DNA of 59,185 bases from Pseudomonadota bacterium (GTDB taxonomy: Bacteria; Pseudomonadota; Gammaproteobacteria; Burkholderiales; Burkholderiaceae_C), in the NCBI GenBank assembly GCA_021804595.1, contig JAJZHH010000001.1, positions 1 to 59,185 on the forward strand, in the 5' to 3' direction. The translations under genes and the position numbers were made by a program. This document shows positions 29,100 through 44,616 of the stretch, piece by piece (positions within the stretch are counted from its first letter, which is position 1; the number at the start of each line of letters is the position of its first letter). The notes beneath the pieces are model-generated. The model saw nothing but the letters and a program-made list of their open reading frames with translations. It was not told the origin of the DNA and did no database searches.

Positions 29100-31364
29100 A
29101 TGTCGACGCCTCTTCCCCGCCAGCTCGCGCGCGCGCTTGTCGCGCTGCTCGGCTGCGCCGCGCTGGGCACTGCGCGCGCCGGCGATGCGCTGCAACTGGC
29201 GCCGAGCGACGATCTGCTGCAGCACCTGCCGCCGAGCGCGCAGGCGCTCGAGCCGCTGTTCATCCGCGCCGAGCGCATCAGCGGCCAGCCCGACATCGAA
29301 GTGCAGGCCGATGGGCACGTCGAGCTGCGCAAGCACAGCGTGGTGCTGAAGGCCGACCACGTGCACGACGACCTGGTCAGCGCCGACGTACTCGCCAGCG
29401 GCGATGTGCGCATGTTGAGCAACGGCAATCTGTACACCGGGCCCGACCTGGCGCTGAACCTCGACACCGAGACCGGGCAGATGCCGTCGGTCGACTATTT
29501 CTTCGCCGCCACCGGCGGCCACGGCCACGCCGAACACGTCCGCTTCCTCGGCCAGCAGCACGTGCAGGCCGACAGCGCCGACTACACGACGTGCACCGCC
29601 AGTCCGGTCGACTGGGTGCTGCAGGCCACCCATCTGGACCTGGATTTCGCCGACAACACCGGCACCGCGCGCGACGGCCGCGTGCGTTTCAAGGGCGTCA
29701 CGATCCTGCCGCTGCCCTACGCCAGCTTTCCGCTGACCGACGCACGCAAGTCGGGGCTGCTGCCGCCGACGATAGGCCTCGACAGCCGCAACGGCTTCGA
29801 ATACGCGCAGCCCTATTACTGGAACATCGCGCCGAACTACGACGCCACGTTGACGCCCCGCTGGCTGCTGCGCCGCGGCCTGATGGGCAGCGCCGAGCTG
29901 CGCTGGCTGCAGCCCACGTACTCGGGCAGCAGCTTGATCGACTACATGCCCGACGACCGCAGCGCCGGCGATGCGCAGCGCTGGGCCGCGGTGCTGCAGC
30001 AGTCGGGCAGCCTGGCGCCGCGCGTGAGCTACGGCCTGAACCTGCAGCGCGTATCCGACAACAACTGGTGGCAGGATTTCGGCCAGGTCAACCCGGTGAT
30101 CGCGGGCAACCGCACGCTGCCGCAGCAGGGTCAGCTGACCTGGAACGCGCCGAATGGCTATGTGCAGCTTGGCTTCAATCGCTGGCAGACGCTGCAGACC
30201 ACGGTGTCGCCGATTGCAGTGCCATACAACATCCAGCCGCAGCTTGAAACTCGTTGGAATGGCTCGGTAGCCGCAGGGATGCAGTGGCAGATTGCTGCGT
30301 CGGCGGCACGTTTCACCAATTCGACCGCGGGACTGCTGTCGGGCGACCGCGTCTACCTCGACCCGAGCATCAGCCGTCCGTTCATCGCGCCGCAGGGCTT
30401 CATCACCCCGCGCTTGACGCTGCATGCGACGCGCTACCGCACCGACACGCCGATGGCCGACGGCACCGAGGACGCGTCGATCGTCGTGCCCAGCGTCAGC
30501 ATCGACTCGGGGCTGGTGTTCGAGCGCCGCACCTCGCTGCTCGGCCGCGCGGTCACGCAGACGCTGGAGCCGCGGCTGTTCTACCTTTACACGCCGTACC
30601 GGGCGCAACAGAACCTGCCCAATTTCGACAGCGCGCCGCTCGACTTGAACCTGGCGTCGATCTACACCGACAACCTGTTCTCGGGCAACGACCGCATCGC
30701 CGACGCCAGCGACATCACCGCCGGCGCGACGACGCGGCTGCTCGACGCGCACAACGGCACCGAATACGCGCGGCTGACCGTGGCGCAGCGCCTGCTGCTG
30801 CGCCAGCAGCGCGTGACGCTGACCGGCGCCCCGGTGCCGGCGGGGCTCAACGACACCTTCGCGCTGGCCAGCATCGCGGTCGATCCGCAGTGGAATGCCA
30901 CCGCCGGCGTCGACTACAACCTGCGCGGCACGCAACTGGTGCAGGCTCAGGCCGGCGCGCAGTGGCACCCCGGCGCCTTCCGCACCTTGAGCGTCAGCTA
31001 CCAGATCCAGAGCGCGACGGCGACGCAGATCGCGCTCAAATACGTCAATACCGCCTGGCAGTGGCGGCTGTCGCCGCGCTGGTACGCGGTCGGCCAGGCC
31101 AATTACAGCCTGCAGGACAAGCAGCTCAACAACGGCCTGTTCGGTTTCGAATACGACGGCGGCTGCTGGGTCGCGCGCTTCGTCGTCCAGCGCAGCGCGC
31201 TGACCGTCGCCACCGCCGCCACGCGCGTGCTGTTCCAACTCGAACTCAGCGGGCTGTCCCGGCTGGGCATCAACCCCTTGTCGGCTCTGGAGCAAAATAT
31301 TCCGGGCTACCAATTGCTGAATCAACCGTCGTCCCCTCCGAGCCGTTATGCGAACTATGAATAA
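29100..31364 (+). CDS. lptD: LPS assembly protein LptD
   Basis: YTTC, RKSGLLPP, PYYWNIAPNYD, QTLEPRLFY, FSGNDRI, EY..GCW, QLELSGL. Confidence 0.96.
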   Translation: MSTPLPRQLARALVALLGCAALGTARAGDALQLAPSDDLLQHLPPSAQALEPLFIRAERISGQPDIEVQADGHVELRKHSVVLKADHVHDDLVSADVLASGDVRMLSNGNLYTGPDLALNLDTETGQMPSVDYFFAATGGHGHAEHVRFLGQQHVQADSADYTTCTASPVDWVLQATHLDLDFADNTGTARDGRVRFKGVTILPLPYASFPLTDARKSGLLPPTIGLDSRNGFEYAQPYYWNIAPNYDATLTPRWLLRRGLMGSAELRWLQPTYSGSSLIDYMPDDRSAGDAQRWAAVLQQSGSLAPRVSYGLNLQRVSDNNWWQDFGQVNPVIAGNRTLPQQGQLTWNAPNGYVQLGFNRWQTLQTTVSPIAVPYNIQPQLETRWNGSVAAGMQWQIAASAARFTNSTAGLLSGDRVYLDPSISRPFIAPQGFITPRLTLHATRYRTDTPMADGTEDASIVVPSVSIDSGLVFERRTSLLGRAVTQTLEPRLFYLYTPYRAQQNLPNFDSAPLDLNLASIYTDNLFSGNDRIADASDITAGATTRLLDAHNGTEYARLTVAQRLLLRQQRVTLTGAPVPAGLNDTFALASIAVDPQWNATAGVDYNLRGTQLVQAQAGAQWHPGAFRTLSVSYQIQSATATQIALKYVNTAWQWRLSPRWYAVGQANYSLQDKQLNNGLFGFEYDGGCWVARFVVQRSALTVATAATRVLFQLELSGLSRLGINPLSALEQNIPGYQLLNQPSSPPSRYANYE

Positions 31365-32748
31365 GAGCCTCGTCGCCAGCGCGCTCGCGCTGGCCCTGTC
31401 CGGCGTCGCCGCTGCGCAGGGCCTGCAGCTGCGCGCCGCTTCGGCACCGTCGATGAACGCGCCGTCCATCAGCGCGCCAGCGCCGAGCGCGGCCGACGAC
31501 ACCGCCGTGCAGCACGACAGCGACGGCATCGCCGCAGTGGTCGGCAACGAAGTGATCACGGACTACGACCTCGACCTGCGCACCCGCGCAGCAGCTGCGC
31601 AGCTGGCCGCGCAGGGCGAGGCGGCGACGCCGCAGGCACTGCGCCAGCAAGTGCTCGACAACATGATCGACCAGCTGGCGCTGGCGCAATACGCACGCGA
31701 CAACGGCATCGAGGTCAGCGACACGACGCTGCAGCAGGCGCTGAAGCAGACCGCGGCCAATTTCAAGCTCGACGTCGCCCAACTGCGCCAGCAGGTCGAA
31801 GCGCAAGGCATGAGCTGGAGCGAATACCAGGCGCAGTTGCGCCGCGAGATCCTGATCGCACGGCTGCGCCAGCGCGACGTGGCATCGCGCGTGACCGTCA
31901 GCGACCAGGAGATCAGCCAGTTCCTGGCCCGACAGCGCAGCCAGCAGCAGGCACCGCAAGGCGACGTCACGCTGGCGCAGATCTTCGTTCCGCTGGCCAC
32001 TGGCGCCGATGCGGCGCAAGTCGCCGCGGCGCGCAAGCGCATCGACGCGGCGCTGGCGTTGCTGCGCCAGGGCCACGATTTCGCGCAGGTCGCCAAGCTC
32101 GATTCGGCCGGCGCCGAGGCGCGCGATGGCGGACTGCTCGGCACGCGCAGCGCGCAGGACTGGCCCGACACGTTCATCGAGGCGATTCGCGGGCTGCGGC
32201 CCGGCCAGGTCACCGGCGTGATCCGCAGTCCGGCCGGCTTCCACATCCTGAAACTTGTCGCCGAACCGTCGGCCGCCGCGGCAACCGCCGAGAACAGCGC
32301 GATGCAGGCGCAGGTGCGCGAAATCGTGCTGAACATCGGTGCGCGCCGCAGCCGCGACGCCGCGGTCAAGGAGCTCGATGCGGTGCGCGACGCAGTGCTG
32401 CAGCACCGGATCGACTTCGCCACCAAGGCACGCGAGATCTCGCAGGACATCGACAGCGCACGCCGCGGCGGCGACATCGGCTGGGTGCTGCCCGGCGAGT
32501 TGCCGCCGGCGCTGGACTCGGCACTCGACCACCTGAACCCGGGCCAGTTGTCGTCCCCGGTGGCCTTGCCGGATAAGGTCGTGCTGCTGCAGCTGGTCGA
32601 CCGCCGCGAGCACCCGCTCGACGCGCGCCAGGAACGCGCGGTGGCGCGCAACATCCTGCTGCAACAGAAGGAACGCAAGGAGTTCGCCGACTTCGTGCAG
32701 GACGTGCGCGCGCGCACCTACGTGCGGCTGGCCGGCTCCGACTCCTGA
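31357..32748 (+). CDS. surA: Periplasmic chaperone SurA
   Basis: [13 protein letters not shown], two parvulin domains (GG.LG..GFHILKL; GGDIGW), follows lptD. Confidence 0.92.
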   Translation: MNKSLVASALALALSGVAAAQGLQLRAASAPSMNAPSISAPAPSAADDTAVQHDSDGIAAVVGNEVITDYDLDLRTRAAAAQLAAQGEAATPQALRQQVLDNMIDQLALAQYARDNGIEVSDTTLQQALKQTAANFKLDVAQLRQQVEAQGMSWSEYQAQLRREILIARLRQRDVASRVTVSDQEISQFLARQRSQQQAPQGDVTLAQIFVPLATGADAAQVAAARKRIDAALALLRQGHDFAQVAKLDSAGAEARDGGLLGTRSAQDWPDTFIEAIRGLRPGQVTGVIRSPAGFHILKLVAEPSAAAATAENSAMQAQVREIVLNIGARRSRDAAVKELDAVRDAVLQHRIDFATKAREISQDIDSARRGGDIGWVLPGELPPALDSALDHLNPGQLSSPVALPDKVVLLQLVDRREHPLDARQERAVARNILLQQKERKEFADFVQDVRARTYVRLAGSDS

Positions 32749-32765
32749 GACGCCTCGAACCGACG

Positions 32766-33554
32766 ATGGCTGGACCGCACCGCGCGCCGACGCGCATCGC
32801 CGGACACACGCTGCGCAAAAGGTTCGGCCAGCATTTCCTGCACGACGCGGCAGTGATCGACGCGCTGGTGTCGGCGATCGACCCGCGCCCGGGCCAGCGC
32901 CTGTTCGAGATCGGCCCCGGGCTGGGCGCGCTGAGCCTGCCGGTGCTGGCGCGCGCGCAGCACTTGACGGTGATCGAGCTGGACCGCGACCTGGCCACGC
33001 GCTGGCGCGGTCGCGACGGCATCACGGTGATCGAGGCCGACGCGCTGCGCCTGGACTTCCGCGAGCTCGGCGAGGGGCTGCGCATCATCGGCAACCTGCC
33101 CTACAACATCTCGACGCCGCTGTTGATCCACTTGGTCGACGCTGCCGAGCTGGTGGTCGACCAGCACTTCATGCTGCAAAAGGAAGTGGTCGACCGGATG
33201 ACCGCACCGCCGGCCTGCGCCGCCTATGGGCGCCTGTCGGTGCTGCTGCAGTGGCGCTACGCGATGGACTCGCTGTTCGACGTGCCGCCGCAGGCGTTCT
33301 CGCCGCCGCCGCGCGTCGATTCGGCGGTGGTGCGCATGCGCCCCCGCACGCCCGACGCGCTGCGCGGCGTCGACGCGGCGCTGCTGCAGCAGCTCACCGC
33401 GGCAGCGTTCGCGCAACGGCGCAAGCTGCTGCGCCATGCGCTTGGGCCCTGGCTGCAGGCACGCGGCTACGCCGGGCGCTTCGACCTGCAACGTCGCGCC
33501 GAGGAAGTGAGCGTCGACGAATACGCGACGCTGGCGCTCGAGCTGGCCGGCTGA
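32766..33554 (+). CDS. rsmA: 16S rRNA adenine dimethyltransferase
   Basis: [38 protein letters not shown]. Confidence 0.97.
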   Translation: MAGPHRAPTRIAGHTLRKRFGQHFLHDAAVIDALVSAIDPRPGQRLFEIGPGLGALSLPVLARAQHLTVIELDRDLATRWRGRDGITVIEADALRLDFRELGEGLRIIGNLPYNISTPLLIHLVDAAELVVDQHFMLQKEVVDRMTAPPACAAYGRLSVLLQWRYAMDSLFDVPPQAFSPPPRVDSAVVRMRPRTPDALRGVDAALLQQLTAAAFAQRRKLLRHALGPWLQARGYAGRFDLQRRAEEVSVDEYATLALELAG

Positions 33555-33703
33555 ACACCGCCGCCGGCGCCGCACTGCGCGTCAGGCCGCCTCGCCCAAC
33601 CAGGCGCCGTACCACGGCGCGCAGCGCACGCGCTGCGTGCCGCCGAAGCGCATCAAACCCGGTACTGCTTCACCCCGCAACGCCTCCCGGGCAGGCGTGC
33701 GGG

Positions 33704-34093
33704 TCACAGAAAAGAATAGAAGACCCTGAACTCGACCCCCTGCTCGTACCAGAAGTCGGCCGAATCGCGGAACACGTCGAGCAGCGTCTCGCGCGCTTCC
33801 TTGTCGAAGCGCTGGGTCATCGGCAGTTGCTCGAGCACGATGACGAAGCCGGGCTGCGGGCCGGCCGACGCGATCATGTCGGTCAGGCAGTCGCGCAGCG
33901 CGTCGAAGTTCTTGCCGAAATGCTTCGGGAACAGGAAGCTGCGCGCGATGGTTTCGAGCACCTCCTGCTTGGTCGTCGCCTCGGACAGGTTGGCGTAGAG
34001 GAAATGTTGCTGCGCTTCCTGCGCGGCGGCGAGCAAGGCTGGAACGCGAAAAGCTCGAATCGACTGGACGATATTCGGTCGCAGCGTTTTCAA
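33704..34093 (-). CDS. Barstar family RNase inhibitor
   Basis: FPKHFGKNFDALRDCLTD; TTG start after GAGGAAGG; downstream of the RNase gene. Confidence 0.88.
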   Translation of the reverse strand: MKTLRPNIVQSIRAFRVPALLAAAQEAQQHFLYANLSEATTKQEVLETIARSFLFPKHFGKNFDALRDCLTDMIASAGPQPGFVIVLEQLPMTQRFDKEARETLLDVFRDSADFWYEQGVEFRVFYSFL

Positions 34094-34112
34094 GTTAACG
34101 CCTTCCTCTGCC

Positions 34113-34517
34113 TCAGCGGCTGATGGCTGTGAAACTTGCGTAGTGATCATCGGAGTAATAGCAAATATCGGGGAGCCGCACCGGCCCCCCGCAAACGATT
34201 CTTCGTGCACCGCGATGGCGCAGCCCCGGGGTCGGCACCGTGTATTCGCGGTAGTAGCCGCGCGGCTTCCTCGGCAACTGGCGTTCGTAGTTGCCGAATA
34301 CGATGCCGTCCTTCGGCGAAATCCAGGGCCCGCCGTGCGCAATCTGACCCAGCACTCGGCGCGCCTGCGGCGGCAATGACGCCACCGCGATCGATCGCGC
34401 AGCTGCCGCGGCGTCGGCACCGCAAAGCAGCAAGCCCATGAACAGCGCGGCGATCCATCCGGTCGAAAGCCCTGGCTTGAAATATTGTTGTTCGATGCGG
34501 GCGAAGAGCCGGAACAC
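34113..34517 (-). CDS. Secreted guanyl-specific ribonuclease (barnase/RNase Sa family); start uncertain
   Basis: DG.VFGNYE..LP..RGYYREYTV.TPG..RGARRIV.G..YYSDDHYASF with catalytic Glu/Arg/His; N-terminal hydrophobic segment. Confidence 0.9.
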   Translation of the reverse strand: MFRLFARIEQQYFKPGLSTGWIAALFMGLLLCGADAAAAARSIAVASLPPQARRVLGQIAHGGPWISPKDGIVFGNYERQLPRKPRGYYREYTVPTPGLRHRGARRIVCGGPVRLPDICYYSDDHYASFTAISR

Positions 34518-34642
34518 GGCAACGGTTCTCTGCAATGGAACTGCGGGTCGCCGCGCGACTGCCGTGCCTTGCCCAGGAACCACTCAGCCTTGCCCCGACT
34601 CGGTGAAACGCCAGGGCGCACGGCGCCGCGCCACCAGACGAT

Positions 34643-34671
34643 AGCGTATTGGAAAGAGGGCCCGAAAGCAA
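34643..34671 (-). promoter_or_regulatory. Putative sigma70 promoter for RNase-barstar
   Basis: TTGCTT-17 bp-TACGCT on the minus strand, with an A-rich stretch upstream. Confidence 0.5.
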
Positions 34672-34807
34672 GTTTTTCGCCTATTTTTTGGGCAGCAGCA
34701 CCCTACGGAAGTGAGTAGACACTTCCTTGGGTGAGCCTCAAAAACAGGCTCTCAGCCGGCCCCGCCGCCCGCCACAGGGCGACGTTGCGGCGGCGCGGCG
34801 GTGCGCG

Positions 34808-37099
<2,292 letters not shown>

Positions 37100-37286
37100 G
37101 GTGCTCTCCAGGCAATGAAGCTGCGGGTTCGTATCGGCCGCGAGCAAGCTCAGTGCATCGTCGGCGGGAGGATCGATTCTAGGCCGCCGACCGTTCGGAG
37201 TGGGCTGGCTCGTGCGCACCGCGCCCGACGCGCTCGCCGCAAGGGCAAGCCCCCCTGATCTCCGCCGGCGCGCGACAATAGCGCCG

Positions 37287-38252
37287 ATGGACCAGCCCAG
37301 CGGTGAATTCGATCTGATCGCACGCTATTTCACGCGTCCCGCGCGCGGCGCGGTGCTCGGCGTCGGCGACGACTGCGCGCTGCTGGCGCCGGGGGCCGGC
37401 ATGCAACTGGCGGTGGCCGCCGACATGCTGGTCGAGGGCCGCCACTTCTTCGCCGGCACCGACCCGCAAGCGCTGGGCCACAAGGCGCTGGCGGTCAACC
37501 TGTCGGACCTCGCCGCGATGGGCGCGCAGCCGTGGGCCTTCCTGCTCGCGCTGGCGCTGCCCGACGCCGACGCGTCGTGGCTGGCCGCGTTCAGCGCCGG
37601 CATGTTCGCGCTGGCCGACGCGCACGGCATCGAACTGGTCGGCGGCGACACCACGCGCGGCCCGCGCAATCTGTGCATCACGGTGCTCGGCCAGCTGCCC
37701 GCGGGCCAGGCGCTGCGCCGCGACGCGGCGCGCGCCGGCGACCAGCTGTGGGTGTCGGGCACACCCGGCGACGCGCGGCTGGCCTTGGGCCAGTTGCGCG
37801 GCGAGTGGCGCATCGCCGGCTTCGACGCCGCGCTGCGCGCGCGGCTCGAGCGGCCGACGCCGCGCGTCGCGCTGGGGCTGGCGCTGCGCGGCGTCGCCCA
37901 CGCCGCGATCGACGTTTCCGACGGCCTGCTCGGCGACCTCGGCCACCTGCTGCGCGCCAGCGGCGTCGGCGCCGAAGTCGACGTCGACGCGATTCCGGCG
38001 TCGGCGCCACTGGCGGCGCAACCGAGCGCACGGCGCCGCGACTGCCAGCTCGCCGGCGGCGACGACTACGAACTGCTGTTCACCGCGCCGGCCGACGCGC
38101 GCGACGCGGTGCTGCGCGCGGCCGACGCGGCGGCCACGCCGGTGGCGTGCATCGGGCGCATCGACGCGGCACCAGGGCTGCGGCTGCGCGACGCGGCGGG
38201 CGCGGCGCTGCACGATACCTACGCGAGTTTCGACCACTTCCGCCGACCATGA
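37287..38252 (+). CDS. thiL: Thiamine-monophosphate kinase
   Basis: EFDLIARYF, GVGDDCA, AVNLSDLAAMGA, GGDTT, IDVSDGL, GGDDYEL. Confidence 0.96.
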   Translation: MDQPSGEFDLIARYFTRPARGAVLGVGDDCALLAPGAGMQLAVAADMLVEGRHFFAGTDPQALGHKALAVNLSDLAAMGAQPWAFLLALALPDADASWLAAFSAGMFALADAHGIELVGGDTTRGPRNLCITVLGQLPAGQALRRDAARAGDQLWVSGTPGDARLALGQLRGEWRIAGFDAALRARLERPTPRVALGLALRGVAHAAIDVSDGLLGDLGHLLRASGVGAEVDVDAIPASAPLAAQPSARRRDCQLAGGDDYELLFTAPADARDAVLRAADAAATPVACIGRIDAAPGLRLRDAAGAALHDTYASFDHFRRP

Positions 38253-38768
38253 ACCGACCCGTACGCGCCGACTGGCGCTTCGCGCTGCGCGACCCGCTGC
38301 ACCTGCTCGCGCTGGGCCTGGGCTCCGGGCTCGCGCCGCGCGCGCCCGGCACCTTCGGCACATTGGTCGGCTGGGCCGGCTACTGGCTGCTGGTGCGCGT
38401 GCTGCCGCCGCCGTTGTGGGGCCTGTGGCTGTTCGTCGCGTTCACCGGCGGCATCTGGATCTGCGGCCGCGCGGCGCGCGCGCTCGGCACCGACGACCCG
38501 TCGCCGGTGGTATGGGACGAGATCGTCGCGATCTGGCTGGTGCTGTGGCTGCTGCAGCCGGCTCCGGGCGTGCCGGCGGCGTGGTGGATGCAGGCGCTGG
38601 GTTTCGCGCTGTTCCGGGTGTTCGACGCGGTCAAGCGCGGCCCGGTCGGCTGGGCCGACCGCCACGTCAAGGGCGGCCTGGGCATCATGGTCGACGACCT
38701 GGTCGCTGCCGGGCTGACGCTGGCGGTGATGTTCGGCGCGCTGCTCGGCGCGGCCTGGTGGACGCATC

Positions 38769-38776
<8 letters not shown>
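38249..38776 (+). CDS. pgpA: Phosphatidylglycerophosphatase A
   Basis: GSGL...APGTFGT, VVWDE, FRVFD..K, GIMVDD. Confidence 0.95.
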
Positions 38777-41421
<2,645 letters not shown>

Positions 41422-41441
41422 ACGCGCAAGGAGGAGAGGCG

Positions 41442-41801
41442 ATGATCAAGCTGCTGATCAAATGGTTGCTGTCGGCGACGGCGCTGATGGCGGTGGCCTA
41501 TCTGTACAGCGGCGTCGAAGTCGCCGGCTTCGGCGCGGCGCTGTGGGCCGCGCTGATCATCGGCCTGCTCAACGCGCTGGTGCGGCCGCTGCTGGTCGTG
41601 CTGACGCTGCCGATCACGCTGCTGACGCTCGGCCTGTTCCTGTTCATCGTCAACGCCGCGGTGTTCGACCTCGCGTCGGGCCTGAGCGACGGCTTCCACG
41701 TGCGCAGCTTCGGCGCCGCGCTGATCGGCTCGCTGCTGTACAGCGGCGCCGGCATGATCATCGACAGCGCGCTCGAGGGATTGTCGCCGGGCCGGCGCTG
41801 A
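41442..41801 (+). CDS. 4-TM holin-like membrane protein (YvlD/DUF360 type)
   Basis: GGAGGAG RBS; LNALVRPLL..LTLP...LTLGLF..VNA. Confidence 0.88.
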   Translation: MIKLLIKWLLSATALMAVAYLYSGVEVAGFGAALWAALIIGLLNALVRPLLVVLTLPITLLTLGLFLFIVNAAVFDLASGLSDGFHVRSFGAALIGSLLYSGAGMIIDSALEGLSPGRR

Positions 41802-41807
41802 GCCGCT

Positions 41808-41845
41808 GCCCCCCCGGGCGCAGCCCGGCCCTGGGGGCCTCTTTT
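41808..41845 (+). terminator. Terminator-like hairpin between convergent genes
   Basis: GCCCCC...GGGGGC stem followed by CTCTTTT. Confidence 0.5.
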
Positions 41846-42701
41846 ACCGCGACCCGTACTGCGCCAGCCGCGTCAGCGCGGCGACGCGCTCGTCGGTCGA
41901 CGGGTGGGTCGAGAACAGCCGCGCGATGCCGCCGCCGAGCAGCGGGTTGACGATCATCATCTGCGCGGTCGCCGGGTGCTCCTCGGCGGCGGCGAACGGC
42001 AGGCCGTGCTGCGCGATGGCCTCGATGCGGCGCAAGGCGCCGGCCAGCGCCAGCGGATCGCCGGTCAGCTCGGCGGCGCCGCGATCGGCCTCGAATTCGC
42101 GCGCGCGTGAAATCGCCATCTGGATCAGGCCGGCGGCCAGCGGCGCCAGCAGCGCCAGCGCGATGCCGGCGATCGGATTGACCGCGCGACCGTTCTCGTC
42201 GCGTCCGCCGAAGAACAGCGCGAAGTTGGCCAGCGCCGAGATCGCCCCGGCCATCGTCGCGCCGATGGTCGAGATCAGGATGTCGCGATGGCGCACGTGG
42301 CTGAGCTCGTGCGCCATCACGCCGCGCAGCTGGCTGGCGTCGAGCACGCGCAGCAGCCCCGTGGTCGCCGCCACCGCGGCGTGCTCGGGGTTGCGGCCGG
42401 TGGCGAAGGCGTTCGGCGCATCCTCGTCGATCAGGTAGACGCGCGGCATCGGCATGCCGGCGCGCTGCGCGAGCTGCTGCACCAGCGCGTAGTACTGGGG
42501 CGCGCTGCGCGCGTCGACTTCGCGCGCGTGGTACATGCGCAGCACCAGCGAATCGGAGAACCAGTAGCTGAATGCGTTGCCGACCAGCGCGAACATCAGC
42601 GCCAGCATCATGCCCTGGCGGCCGCCGAGCAACGCGCCCAGCGCGACGAACAGCGCGGTGATCGCCGCCATCAAGACCGCGGTTTTCAGCAAATTGCCCA
42701 T
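41844..42701 (-). CDS. htpX: Zinc metalloprotease HtpX
   Basis: [27 protein letters not shown]. Confidence 0.96.
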   Translation of the reverse strand: MGNLLKTAVLMAAITALFVALGALLGGRQGMMLALMFALVGNAFSYWFSDSLVLRMYHAREVDARSAPQYYALVQQLAQRAGMPMPRVYLIDEDAPNAFATGRNPEHAAVAATTGLLRVLDASQLRGVMAHELSHVRHRDILISTIGATMAGAISALANFALFFGGRDENGRAVNPIAGIALALLAPLAAGLIQMAISRAREFEADRGAAELTGDPLALAGALRRIEAIAQHGLPFAAAEEHPATAQMMIVNPLLGGGIARLFSTHPSTDERVAALTRLAQYGSR

Positions 42702-42750
42702 CGTGAACTCCTGCGTCGAAGTCGCGCGGCGCCGGGGCCGCGCGAGATTA

Positions 42751-42799
42751 ACATTTAGATACGTTTAGCTCAGATTGTGGCGCAGATCGAAAGTTCAAG
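42751..42799 (-). promoter_or_regulatory. Putative sigma32-like promoter of htpX plus a 10-bp direct repeat
   Basis: CTTGAA-N13-CCACAATCT, then CTAAA-N5-CTAAA. Confidence 0.45.
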
Positions 42800-42820
42800 T
42801 CGACAACGGGGTTTTGTCGC

Positions 42821-43801
42821 TCAGTCGGGCACGCCGCTGACGAAGCGCTCACCGACCTCGAGCGGCGTGCTGCGCAGCAGTTCGGCGGCGGCCAGCGGGC
42901 GACCGCCCGGGCGTTGCAGCCGCGTCAGCCACAAACTGCCGTCGCCACAGGCCACTTCGACGCCGTCGGCGCCGAGCGCGAGCACGGTGCCGGGGTCAGC
43001 CGCGGCACCGGCACGCCCGACGCGCGCGCCGTGCACCTTGAACTGCAGCGCCGCGGTGCGCGCGTGCGCCGCCGGCTGCGGCAGCAGCGCGCGCACCCGG
43101 CGCTCGAGCTGCAGCGCCGGCTCGTTCCAGTCGAGCCAGGTCTCGCGCTTGTCGATCTTGGCTGCGTAGCAGATGCCCTCGTTGGGCTGCGCGGTCGGTT
43201 CGGCGACGCCGGCAGCGAGGTCGTCGAGCACCGGCAGCAGCGTCTCGGCACCGAGCGCCGCAAGGCGATCGTGCAAGGTCGCCGCAGTTTCGTCGACGGC
43301 AAGGTCAATTTCCTGCATCCGGTACACCGGACCGGTGTCCAGGCCGGCATCCATGCGCATGATGCTGACCCCGCTCTGCGCGTCTCCGGCGGCGATCGCG
43401 CGCTGGATCGGCGCCGCGCCGCGCCAGCGCGGCAGCAAGGACGCATGGATGTTGACGCAGCCCAGCCGCGGCAGCTCGAGCACCCAGCCCGGCAGCAGCA
43501 GGCCGTAGGCGGCGACCACCAGCACGTCGGGCGCCGCCGCGCGCAAGGCGTCGCGCGCGGCCGCCGCGTCGTCGGCCCAGCGCCCGTCGAGGCGCAGGCT
43601 GCGCGGCTGCGCCAGCGCCAGCCCGTGCTGCAGCGCGACCTGCTTGACCGCGCTGGGCAGCAGGCGCATGCCGCGACCGGCAGGCCGATCGGGCTGGCTC
43701 AGCACCAGCGGCACGTCGAAGCCACGCGCGAGCAGCTCACGCAACGCGACCGCGGCGAATTCCGGGGTTCCGGCAAAGGCAACGCGCAGGCGCTCGGGCA
43801 T
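42821..43801 (-). CDS. fmt: Methionyl-tRNA formyltransferase
   Basis: FAGTPEFA, QPDRPAGRG, VAAYG, NIHASLLPRWRGAAPIQ. Confidence 0.97.
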   Translation of the reverse strand: MPERLRVAFAGTPEFAAVALRELLARGFDVPLVLSQPDRPAGRGMRLLPSAVKQVALQHGLALAQPRSLRLDGRWADDAAAARDALRAAAPDVLVVAAYGLLLPGWVLELPRLGCVNIHASLLPRWRGAAPIQRAIAAGDAQSGVSIMRMDAGLDTGPVYRMQEIDLAVDETAATLHDRLAALGAETLLPVLDDLAAGVAEPTAQPNEGICYAAKIDKRETWLDWNEPALQLERRVRALLPQPAAHARTAALQFKVHGARVGRAGAAADPGTVLALGADGVEVACGDGSLWLTRLQRPGGRPLAAAELLRSTPLEVGERFVSGVPD

Positions 43802-43811
43802 CGCGCTTCGC

Positions 43812-44327
43812 TCAGGCGGCTTCGGCCGCTTCGCGCTGCCGCTTGAGCATCTTCGACTTGATGCGCTTGCGCTTCAGCGGCGACAGGTAGTCGACGAACA
43901 CCTTGCCGAGCAGATGGTCCATTTCATGCTGCAGGCACACCGCGAGCAGCCCTTCGGCGTCGAGCTCGAACGGTTGCCCCTGCGCGTCGAGCGCGCGCAC
44001 GCGAACGCGGTCCGGGCGCTCGACCTTGTCGTAGATACCCGGCAGCGACAGGCAGCCTTCCTCCCACTCCTTGCATTCGACGCTGCGCTCGACGATTTCG
44101 GGGTTGATCAGCACCAGCGGCTCGTCGCGCTCTTCGGACACGTCGGCGACGATGATGCGCTCGTGCACGTCGACCTGGGTGGCGGCCAGCCCGACCCCCT
44201 TGGCCTCGTACATCGTCTCGAACATGTCGGTGATGATCGCGCGCACCCGAGCGTCGACCACGGCGACCTCGGCGGCCACCTTGTGCAGCCTCGGGTCGGG
44301 GTATTGCAATATGGTCAATCGGGACAT
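43812..44327 (-). CDS. def: Peptide deformylase
   Basis: [20 protein letters not shown]. Confidence 0.97.
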   Translation of the reverse strand: MSRLTILQYPDPRLHKVAAEVAVVDARVRAIITDMFETMYEAKGVGLAATQVDVHERIIVADVSEERDEPLVLINPEIVERSVECKEWEEGCLSLPGIYDKVERPDRVRVRALDAQGQPFELDAEGLLAVCLQHEMDHLLGKVFVDYLSPLKRKRIKSKMLKRQREAAEAA

Positions 44328-44616
44328 CGTGAACTCCTGAATCATGCCGCCGCCGCGCGAGAGGCGCGGCATCCATGCAACTGCGGTTTTCGGCGATCTG
44401 CGCTTTTCGTTGCGACGACGCGACCTTGTCGCGACAATGTAACAAGTCCGCGAAGTCTGCCGCGCCGCCGCCGGGTCGCCCCGGTGACCGCCGGCAGGCG
44501 CCGATCGGCGCTTGCGGCGCTTCGACAGATGGGGCGCCACTCGTGGATTGCAAGCGTGCACGCCTGGCGCGCACGCTTGGCGAACAGGTCGATATTTTCT
44601 TCCCGGGGGCCGATTC

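Noticed and set aside
34440-34807. RNase P RNA or a known riboswitch
   Set aside because: No GAGGAAAGTCC or other signature I recognise
41442-41801. Holin-like gene as prophage evidence
   Set aside because: This 4-TM family is common in chromosomes and no phage genes are adjacent
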